The notes beneath the pieces were generated by a model, which saw only the letters and a list, made by a program, of their open reading frames with translations, was not told the origin of the DNA and ran no database searches. Positions 21,185 through 30,977 of a stretch of 30,977 bases of DNA are shown here, piece by piece. A program made the position numbers and the translations under genes. Location of the stretch: positions 1-30,977 of the forward strand of contig NW_021832340.1 of assembly GCF_006345805.1 (NCBI RefSeq), in the 5' to 3' direction. The stretch comes from Octopus sinensis. Lineage: Eukaryota. Within the stretch, counting starts at the first letter, position 1. Every line of letters starts with the position of its first letter.

Positions 21185-21930
21185 GTATGTATATATATAT
21201 AATACAAAATGGAACAAGAACGCAAAACATCCGGACAGCTAGGTGATACAAAAAGGGACAACAAGACATCCAGATAGACAATATAAAGAAAACAAGGACG
21301 GGTCATTCGAAGTTTTCTATCTTCAGTCAAGCACCGGATTATACTTGCAGTTTCGGCTGATTATTCTTGAGATTGCGCCAACCTGGCCAACCCCAAGGAA
21401 AAACTAAGCTAAGAGCATTAGATTCCTTGGAAGAAAACATCGAATGTATACAAAAACAAGGACGGAAAAACGGTCAAAGTTACACAAATATAAATACAAT
21501 AAAAATAATAACAGGACATAAGAACAGGTGTCTTTCGACTAAGGACGAATTGAATTAAGCTGGCGCGTGTGGAAATGAAGCCTTACGGCAGAGATACAGA
21601 AATTTCACAAACACAGGGAAGAATATCGATGTTGCACGGACGGCGGTCAGACCAAGAAAGAAAGAACAGGCTAGGCTGACCGGCGGTCACATGGGAAGAG
21701 TAGAGGGAGAAGCAGGAGCAGAAGGATAGAAGAATTAAGGAGGGGCGAGAAAAAAGGACAGGGACACAGTGAAGTGAAAAGTGGAGGGAATGTGAGTAAG
21801 AAGAGAAGGCAAAGAAATGTGAGAGAGGGAGAACGAAAGAACGAAGAGTGGAATGAACGAATAAGCATAAAAGGGCTGATAAGCAGACATATATAGAGAC
21901 GGACAAGATTTAGAAAAATGTGTACTTACA
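21185..21930 (-). mobile_element. Interspersed repeat family G (possibly Penelope-derived)
   Basis: Strong purine skew on the plus strand and an internal duplicated AAAACAAGGACGG (about 21290 and about 21453); matches my recollection of a common octopus repeat. Single copy in this window. Confidence 0.45.
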
Positions 21931-21996
21931 TATAAGAGAGCAAAGTGTACTACGCCGCTATCGTGTTAGAAAAAGGAGGGAGATAGAGAGAAAGAG

Positions 21997-22230
21997 AGAC
22001 GTGTGGCTTAGTGGTTAGGGTGATGCACTCATTATCATAAGATTGTAGGTTAGAATCATGAGGCCTTGCATTTTTGAGCAGAACACATCGCTTCACGTTG
22101 CTTCTGTTCACTCAGCTGCCAGAAATGAGTAATCCTGCGGCGGTCCAGCGTCTCTTTCAGGCGGGGAGGGATATATAAGCCAAAGAATCCGAGAAATACG
22201 CCTTGTGAGCCTATGACACCGGAAGAACTT
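21997..22230 (+). mobile_element. tRNA-derived SINE family C
   Basis: GTGTGGCTTAGTGGTTAGGGTGATGCACTCAT...CTTCACGTTGCTTCTGTTCACTCAGCTGCCAGAAATGAGTAATCCTGCG; reverse complement of 1957-2193. Confidence 0.8.
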
Positions 22231-24954
22231 TTGATCCTTTGATATATGTGTGCATGCGCGTGTGTATGTATTTGTTGTTGGATAACATCCAGAGTAGAAG
22301 TACCGAATACTCAAGCCAGTGCGTAGTTCTGGAATTCTACAGTTACCATTCCACGTAATTACTTCTTTAAGCAATTGTGTTGGATTAAAAGCCCCCTTTC
22401 CCTTACTACAAGTCTTACTTATCTAAAGGCGGCGCTACACATCGTGGAAATTCCAAAACTCTATCAAGATTCACACACACACACAGAATTCTATGAAGAT
22501 TCACACACGCACGCACCCCACACGTGTCTATTTATGCGTGTGTATAGGTTTATTTGTGTATGTGTTATAAAACACGACTACGTGTTTAATACTTTTAGGA
22601 TTTTTTTCATATTTCCTCATCTGTCCCTTATGTTTAGATTGAAACAATAGTATTCCCAAATACATCACTTCATAACGTTGTGAAGCTTTTCAGGTCTTAT
22701 CATGAAAATGATGTAACAGTACTAATGATGTGTTGTTTGTACGCTTTGGTGTATGTCGATTGGAGCATAAGGCTAGTGTTGTGAAGTTTCATCAGCTTTT
22801 TCTGAAAATTTGACGCGCATATTCAAATGTTTAATACTTTTTACTGATAGAAATAAGGGAATCAAATATTGCATGCATTTCTGGTTGTTTGAGAGTATAT
22901 TTAAACATTGCATAGTTTGTAAGTCAGGTCATATAATAATACTTATAGACATCAACGGTATAGCATATAATCACATCTACTTGATCTTTCTGTGGTTAAT
23001 AAATAAGCACTAGAAATATACCTGAGTCGACATATCAGTCTTAAAAATCTATGGCCTTGAGTCAAAAGAAATCATTACCTATCAATTCCTAAGTTAAAGA
23101 TGCTTATGCATAGCCTGCCAAATGTTACATTTTATGTGTTGTTAAAGATTAATACTGTCAGTCGTCAAATTGCAACATTGCACATTAGTTAAACTAAATT
23201 ACTTCAAGAAAATCAAGGGCCGATAATGTTGGGCTTTGATCCTTGTTGATGAAAGATAAATCTCTGCCTAGACAGAACACTAGTAAATTGTAGATACTTT
23301 TAACAGAAAATTTGGTATATTTTCCCAATATATAAATGAAATGAAATGTTGAACAACTGAATGCCTCGATCAATGATTCAACGAAACACCTGCAAAGATT
23401 TTGAATAGACAAACTATTTAATCTATCGCTTGTTTTAAGGTCACCACATGGTCATTGGGTACCTTTATTGTAGTGCAACCTGATGCAAGCAATAAGGCCA
23501 AATGTTAGATCTAAGGATAACTTCCTACCTTCATCTTAACAGGTATACAAAACCAGAAAGTGTCATTATTGCTGTCCTTGTTTCCATGACTGTGACATTT
23601 AAACATGAACATTACAAACACACTATGTTATTTCATTCCACCGTCGAAATGCATAACTGAAAACACAATTACAGAATGTTGCTAGTTTTAGTTGCCTATA
23701 AACGGTGTCATGAATGTGTTTCAACGAAGTCAGTATCATATAATTTGGTGCCATCTGTAGAAAGAAAGTCATAGTATGAGTAACTTAAAGGAAAATATTT
23801 GTTAGATTTCTTTCATTAGAAGTGGGAATGATCTGACAAATTCAATGAAGCAGGAGTTGAAAATAGTGACATAAAGGGACAAAATTCGGAAGGATTTTAT
23901 TAACCACTTATTTTTTTTGAAGTTTTTTTTTGTTGATTGGAGCCTAAGTTTGTATATCATCTTTAATGGGTACAATATCTCATATTTAAACACGGAATAG
24001 AAGGCTTTCTCTTTAAATAAAAACATTTTCCCCATTCACCTTAAGTATTATCAATGATGAGTAATTTTAACTTGAAGTATGTTCGGATTGCGTAATTCTC
24101 GTTTCCATAATCAAAAGTGAGATTTCAAAGAACTGTCCGCGAAAGCAAGGAAAGTGTCCATGAAAATAAGATAATTAATTTTCTTCGCTTTGCAGTAAAA
24201 GAAAAATTAGATTTTTAGTTTTGTTTTTGGTTTGTCACTTTCATTTTCTGATATGGAGAATATCCTTAGTGGGGAAAAAAAAAACGAAATTGTATGAGGG
24301 AACTTTGGAAGTTAAAAATATAAAGAATGGTCTTGAAAGTATGAGCCGGATTGGAGAGGTGTATTGTCAACATAAGTATGCATAAAGGTTCATGTGTTAA
24401 ATAGATAGGAGGTTGTAAATTAAGTAAAAAAAGGAAATAAGAGACAAAGATTAATCATGCAGAAATGGTACAGCTATTAGAAATAACACTTCGAATTCTG
24501 CTTCTTAACTCTTGACTTAACACATAGAAAACAACTTCTCTCTCATTGATTCTGAAAGAAATATTCAAATTATCTGGGCAGCTGATTCTCTATACGAATA
24601 CCTGAATTTTCTTCTCTATTCGAAACTGCTATATCATACCTACTGTGTTTGCAACCGGAGAAGGTATTTTTTTCTGCATTTTTTGCCTGTTTCATTAATA
24701 TTCCTTGCGTTGGATGGTATAAACATACTCAATACCAATTGTTTTTTTTTCTTTTTTTTACATTTGTCTCTAGTGAGTCATAACAGTAGATGCCATTGTA
24801 TAAATGTAGCTTTAGTGACAAACTGATGTCGCTTAAAAAAAAGGTGTGACATTAATATCAATTGGGAAATGCTACTAATCATACACTTTATATCATCGGT
24901 TCATTTGTGACTGAACAGACATATTCAGTCGCAGCTTGTGGGTTTAAGTGCTTA

Positions 24955-25242
24955 CTCTTTACTCTCTTTACTCTTTTACTTGTTTCAGTCATTTGACTGC
25001 GGCCATGCTGGAGGACCGCCTTTAGTCGAGCAACTCGACTCCGGGACTTATTCTTTGTAAGCCCAGTTCTTATTTTATCGGTCTCTTTTGCCGAACCGCT
25101 AAGTTACGGGGACGTAAACACACCAGCATCGGTTGTCAAGCAATGCTAGGGGGACAAACACACACACACACACACACATACACAACACACACACACACAC
25201 ACCACACACACACACACACACACACCACACACATATATATAT

Positions 25243-25282
<40 letters not shown>

Positions 25283-25445
25283 CGACAGGCTTCTTTTAGT
25301 TTCCGCCTACCAAATCCACTCACAAGGCATTGGTCGGCCCGGGGTTATAGCAGAAGACACTTGCCCAAGATGCCACGCAGTGGGACTGAACCCGGAACCA
25401 TGTGGTTGGATAGCAAGCTACTTACCACACAGCCACTCCTGCGCC
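24955..25445 (-). mobile_element. tRNA-derived SINE family A, full length, with long internal (CA)n(TA)n
   Basis: Runs from the (CTCTTTTA)n tail to ...CTTACCACACAGCCACTCCTGCGCC; close to 6505-6902 and 29708-30237. Confidence 0.93.
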
Positions 25446-26189
25446 TATTTTCTCCTGCTTCTCTATTTTTTTTTTGTGCAATAAGAATTTTATAGGTATA
25501 TCCTGCTCTGCTCTTCCAATGCAAAAAACAGTAATTATAAGAGCATTCGAAACATGGTGTAATTACCAATGTACACCTCCAAAGCGAAGTTCCAGCATAG
25601 CCTTGACCATGTAATTAAAATAAATTTAAGAACTAAAGAGATGGGCATTTTCTGTCGATGTAAGCATCACTTTCAAATATCCGGGAATCATACCCATATG
25701 TAACGTTTTGCAGATGTGTAAAATATTGTGGAGTTGTAAGAAGTATCTGCATGAACTGTTTCCTACGGAGTCCAATTGTAACCAATAATATGTTATTGTT
25801 TTCACTTTTCTGTATTTAGTTCATTTATATCAATATACACTTAGTTAATATAATGTTTTTGCTGTTGTTCAGCAGATACTTTCTGAGTGATGCTACACGA
25901 CGCTAAAAGGAAATCTGGATTGATCTCAAACCTTTTCATCCGTTGTCTCTTTATGATAGTCCGAATCATTATTTCTGTAGACGGTTCCACTTGATATCAG
26001 TATCTTGTGGGTTTTAATATCAATGGAACAGATTTCTTTTATAGTTCAGGTAAGTAACCTAATTGTTTTCATTAGTTAGAGCATTGCAAATGCCCTGTGG
26101 GTTAGTTATTCTGTTCCAGGAGAAAAGCTTTGATTGTTATATTTACAAAAAAAAAAAAGCTTTGATCATTCTGACTTTGTTCTCAGCAG

Positions 26190-26353
26190 CTTTGTACTCA
26201 TGTATGTATGTATGTATGTATGTATGTATGTATGTATGTATGTATGTATGTATGTATGTATGTATGTGTGTGCATGTATGTATGTATGTATATATGTATG
26301 TATGTATGTATGCATGCATGTATGTATGTATATATGTATGTATGTATGCATGC

Positions 26354-26386
<33 letters not shown>

Positions 26387-26609
26387 TGTATGTATGTATG
26401 TATGTATGTATGTATGTGTGTATGTATGTATGCATGCATGTATGCATGCATGCATATATGTATGTATGTATGTATGCATGCATGCATATATGTATGTATG
26501 TGTGTATGTATGTATGTATGCATGCATGCATGTATGCATGCATGCATATGTGTATGCATGTATGTATGTATGTACGTATGTATGTGTGTATGTATGTATA
26601 TATGCATGC

Positions 26610-26642
<33 letters not shown>

Positions 26643-26690
26643 TGTATGTATGTATGTATATATGTATGTGTGAGTGTGTGTCTGCATGTG
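26190..26690. repeat. About 500-bp (ATGT)n array with (ATGC) and (GTGT) variants
   Basis: Directly visible; gives the longest ORFs in the track (MYVC/HTYI). Confidence 0.97.
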
Positions 26691-27295
26691 TGTGTATAAG
26701 GGGCACGGATGAAAAACGAAAAGGCAGCACAGACAATCACAAGTATATGCAACAACAGATACCATAAAAATGGCTTTTTCGTGACTTTGGGAAGAACGAT
26801 AGTTTGTTGACATCGTCTCTGTACGATTACATGTGAAGGAATATGTTTGTTCTATTTGCCAAGCTTATTTGTTCTAGAGATGGGATCTTATATTTTACAA
26901 TAAACAGAGAATACTTTTCTTGTCACAAAAAGAAATTAAGTACTGTATTTTTCTTACGTGTATATTTATATATAAATTCATTTCCTGTTTTACTGCTGTC
27001 TCTTCCAGGTTTTTACTTCATTTCTTTGACAATTTTTGCATGGTAAAATAAGATTTAATCTCAGCCTTTTGCACAGTCTCAACATTGTTTTCATTCTAGC
27101 TGCTTCCCCCACACAGACACAGACACAGACACAGACACCCCCCCCCACACACACACACACACTCACACACACACAAACACACGCACGGAGAACGCACGCA
27201 CACACATTAAAAAAAGACTGGAAAATTTACTACATTTTTAATTCCATGTTACGTGTGTTACATTACAGTATAGAGAAACACACAATGAATATAAA

Positions 27296-27297
27296 TG

Positions 27298-27364
<67 letters not shown>

Positions 27365-27376
27365 TAATAATAATAC
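27296..27376. repeat. (AAT)n
   Basis: Directly visible; a second tract lies at about 27550-27605. Confidence 0.95.
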
Positions 27377-27568
27377 CCATGAACTATTACTACCCATGTA
27401 TTTTAATTTAACTTTAAAAAAAAATGAACGAACTAGTGAGTTTAGTTTAATGGCCTACCAATGTATGCTATGAGCTTCTTTGCCCTAGGAGTCGGGAAGA
27501 CACTCGGCAAGAAATGGAAGCAAATTTGAAAGAAGAAGAAAAAAATGATTATAATAATAATAATAATA

Positions 27569-27605
<37 letters not shown>

Positions 27606-27729
27606 CTAAATAATAATCTAATATAATCAATTCATAATAGTTTGAAAACATATGCAAAAAAGACGTTGACGATCTTCTACCTGTAACTCCTCCGAAAAGA
27701 GAAAAGTGCTACAAAATAATATATATATA

Positions 27730-28619
27730 CGATGGGGTACCCAAAAATATGCGGAAACCTTCTCTGTGGGACAAGCTTGTAGTAATTCAGGCTTCGCTAG
27801 AAGCCAGTTGATGCAACCTTCGGGCATCAGTCTGTCGACGGCGTCGTCGTCTGAGGTCGTGCCGCCACGTGGTGCGACTTTGTTTTGCAGTGCTTCTCCA
27901 CTGTTCGTCGATTTTTGCGATGGCCAAAACAAAAGGACAGCTTGCTTCCGTGAAATTATGTTTTGTGTTGGGTAAAACGGCGACCGAATCGTCATGCTTC
28001 AAACAGCTTACAAGGACACTGAAACGAGTTTAAGAGTAGTTTTCATGCTTTAGGAATGGCACACATTGCTTCGTTCAGGAGGTCGACGGTCGTCCTGAAC
28101 GAATGAAAACATAAAAATTCATGAACTGATCTTGGAGGACCGTCACTGAACAATTGATGAACTTGTTGATATGATTGGTGTGTTCTGGAGCTCCTGCCAA
28201 CGAATTTTGAGCGAGGAATTATGAATGAAGAAAGTTGCAGCAAAATTTTGCCTCGCTTGCTCTCAGAAGATCAAAAGCAGTCACGATTGAATACATGTCG
28301 TGAACTGAAAGAATATTTGAAAGTTGACCTTTTTTCGAAGGTCGTCACTGTTGATGAAAGCTGGTGCTACGGAATTTGTAGATGTGGAAGAGGTGAAAAA
28401 AAACAAAAACAAAAACAAAAAAAAAAACGATGGAGGCGTTAAAAGGCATCACTTCGCTACATAGGAGGTTGTAAATTAAGTAAAAAAAGTGATAAACGCG
28501 CCTGGAACGATGCATTGCTTCCACTGGAGAATACTTTGAAGGTGATAAAGTGTAATCATTTAAAATTAAGTGAATAAAATATCATTGCAAAATTCCGATT
28601 TCTTTTGAGTATCCCCTCG
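27730..28619 (+). mobile_element. Mariner (Tc1/mariner superfamily) DNA transposon, internally deleted
   Basis: TA duplication at 27728-27729 and 28620-28621; 27-bp TIRs CGATGGGGTACCCAAAAATATGCGGAA and (reverse complement) CGAGGGGATACTCAAAAGAAATCGGAA, 20/27 identical; transposase relic inside. Confidence 0.92.
27920..28555 (+). pseudogene. Mariner transposase pseudogene (stops, frameshifts, catalytic core deleted)
   Basis: Across frames: MAKTKGQLASVKLCFVLGKTATE, IHELILEDRH*TIDELVDMIGVFWSSCQRILSEEL*MKKVAAKF, PRLLSEDQKQSRLNTCRELKEYL, KVVTVDESWCYG (first catalytic Asp), then LKG-HFAT and LERCIASTGEYFEGDKV*. Confidence 0.9.
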
Positions 28620-28639
28620 TATATCAATAGTATAGAGCT

Positions 28640-28881
28640 CGTTTCCGAGTCATATAAATTCATAGTGTCGGTTTTCCAGTTTCTCTGGCGTATATACTCC
28701 CCACCACGGGATGTCACGTCAGTCTGTCGCAGGAATATGCATTTTTGAAAGCTGACTTGAGTGGAGCAATGCGAAATGAAGCGTTTAGCTCAAGGTCGCA
28801 TCGCACCACATGGTCTAGGAATCGAAAAGACAGTCTTACGATCACCAGTTCAACAACCGAACCATTAAGCCACGTGCCTCC
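28640..28881 (-). mobile_element. Degraded SINE family C
   Basis: Ends ...CCATTAAGCCACGTGCCTCC; contains GGAATCGAAA, GGAGCAATGCGAAATGAAG and GTCTGTCGCAGGA as in 1957-2193. Confidence 0.75.
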
Positions 28882-29006
28882 ACTAAACACACACACACAC
28901 AAAGACACACAATATATATAATGAAGAAAAAATATTCTTATTGATTAATTAGAATTATTCAACTATTATTATTAAAATGCCAATTTCATTATTCTGATAA
29001 TATGTA

Positions 29007-29037
<31 letters not shown>

Positions 29038-29707
29038 ATATATATATGATTGCTCATCTTCACAGATAATAGCCGTCTCATTAACACAGACATCACACCC
29101 CGTAAGAGGCAGTTATTATATTATCAAAATGAGGTTTTCAAGTTTCTGTTATTATTGAACATTGAATCACAAACTTGAATCACAAAGCTAGTTTTCATTC
29201 ATTGGGACATGTCTCTCTAGCTCTGTACTGCTCTATTCAATTGTTTTCATTAAAAATAAGCGATTATAAAGTTTTACTCGGAGATAATTTGAGAACGTTT
29301 GCAGCAGTTTTACACCTCTATCATATAAAAATTACTGTAAATTTTCATTTCGTTATAGAAAAATGTGGTCCTCTAAATAATGAAAAATTTGGATAATTTT
29401 GTGTGTCTAAATCAGCACTTTTTTCAACGACTTCCTTCGTTCTATCTTCGTCTCTTCTCCTTTCCTTCTCTTTCTCTGTCTCACAAATTTGGTTTATAAC
29501 CCCTTGCATTTAAAACATTTTGTAGTTTTCAGCACATTCTGTCTTTCACTCTGTTACCTTGCAGCGCTTTTTATCTCTAGCTCTCGCACATCACTCTCTT
29601 TCTCGTTCTCTACTGCCTCTATTCAATTGGTTTTCATTATAAATAAGTGATTACAAAAGTCTTATTTGGTATATTTTGAAGAAATATTGTAAAGGTTTTA
29701 CAATATA

Positions 29708-29872
29708 GGCGTAGGAGTGGCTGTATGGTAAGTAGCTTGCTTACCAACCACATGTTTCCGGGTTCAGTCCCACTGCGTGGTACCTTGGGCAAGTGCCTTT
29801 TACTATAGCCTCGGGCCAACCAAAGCCGTGTGAGTGGATTTGGTAGACGGAAACTGAAAGAAGCCCGTCGTA

Positions 29873-29923
<51 letters not shown>

Positions 29924-30237
29924 TAATATATAATATAATATAATATATATATATATGTATGTGTATGTGTATATGTATGTATATGTGTGTTGTGTGTGTG
30001 TGTGTGTGTGTGTAATGTTTGTGTATCTGTGTTTGTCCCCCCCCAACATCACTTGACAACTGATGCTGGTGTATTTACGTCCCCGTAACTTAGCGGTTCG
30101 GCAAAAGAAACCGATAGAATAAGTACTAAGCTTACAAAGAATAAGTCTTGCGGGTCGATTTGCTCGACTAAATGCGGTGCTCCAGCATGGCCGAAGTCAA
30201 ATAACTGAAACAAGTAAAGGAGTAAAAGAGTAAAGAG
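29708..30237 (+). mobile_element. tRNA-derived SINE family A, full length, possible 6-bp TSD
   Basis: GGCGTAGGAGTGGCTG...CCGGGTTCAGTCCCACTGCGTGGTACCTTGGGCAAG...GTAAAAGAGTAAAGAG; AATATA at 29702-29707 and 30238-30243. Confidence 0.93.
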
Positions 30238-30891
30238 AATATATCTATTTATCATATGAAAATTTACTGTGATGATATCATTTCATACACATATACATAA
30301 ACACACACTCACACGAATCCCCATACACACACTCACAAACATATGTGCTCATGAGACTTTAAATATGGTCGAACTGAGTAAAACTGTTATTGAAAATATA
30401 TGTAACCTCTACGAAATGAGTTGAGTGCCGCATTCATTTGTTCATTCACTCGTGCAGATTCACGCATGCGCCCCATACATACTCACTCACACGCATGTTC
30501 ATGACATTTCAACGTTGATGGAGTCTGTTGGATAATATAATGCAAACATTAAAAAGCAAATAAAATAAAGCTGAACCAAATGAAATGATGTGCAATGGAA
30601 TAGAGAACTAGTTATAACTTATGCAGCCACGGGAAAATATTCTAGGCAAGAATCCTTTTAGAATTTAAGAAATGTAGATGCAGCAAGTAGATAATAAAAT
30701 ACAAAAATACTATATAGAAAAAAATTTAAAACAGGCATAATCAATTTGGTATGGGATGGAGTGAGAGTTTGTATAAAAAAATGAGTAATGCTTGAGAAAG
30801 ATGTAGTTAGTGTGATGGGAGATGTTAGGTAACCATTAGCACACGACTTAATGACTTAACTGAAAATTTATATATAACATCAGTCTGATTA

Positions 30892-30892
30892 C

Positions 30893-30960
<68 letters not shown>

Positions 30961-30963
30961 CAC
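30892..30963. repeat. (AC)n
   Basis: Directly visible. Confidence 0.97.
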
Positions 30964-30977
30964 CAGGTCATTCCATA

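Noticed and set aside
7203-21326. CTGAAGA boxes at 7203, 9352, 15811 and 21320 as further hammerheads
   Set aside because: No GAAA with a paired stem II and NUH in workable geometry.
26063-26813. Longest ORFs in the track (163-234 aa)
   Set aside because: Translations of (ATGT)n in all six frames. The same applies to all YI, HT, CV, ER, LSIY, poly-I and poly-N ORFs in the window.
27627-28002. ORFs of 71-122 aa at the mariner left end
   Set aside because: Overlap the TIR and 5' UTR, or are antisense; the real transposase relic starts at 27920.

Overview
AT-rich, repeat-saturated eukaryotic non-coding DNA (intergenic or a long intron). The SINE families match my recollection of octopus repeats, so it is most likely an octopus or other cephalopod; this is an inference, not a database match. 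No protein-coding gene can be supported, and almost every ORF in the track is a microsatellite or repeat read-through. Contents: many tRNA-derived SINE copies of at least four families, one internally deleted mariner with TIRs and TA duplication, several Penelope-like or retrozyme-like non-autonomous repeats, an RTE-like non-coding element, and very extensive microsatellites. The main signals are (1) four hammerhead-ribozyme-like motifs in four different repeat families, best at 17030-17089; (2) a 29-bp copy of sequence from 4 kb away inside the rearranged mariner; (3) long fold-back structures at 12530-13340 and 17440-17645; and (4) a divergent CCAAT/TATA promoter-like module in a repeat-free island near 19.6-19.75 kb. 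I found no evidence for a new multi-gene system. Repeat boundaries are approximate and alignments were done by eye.
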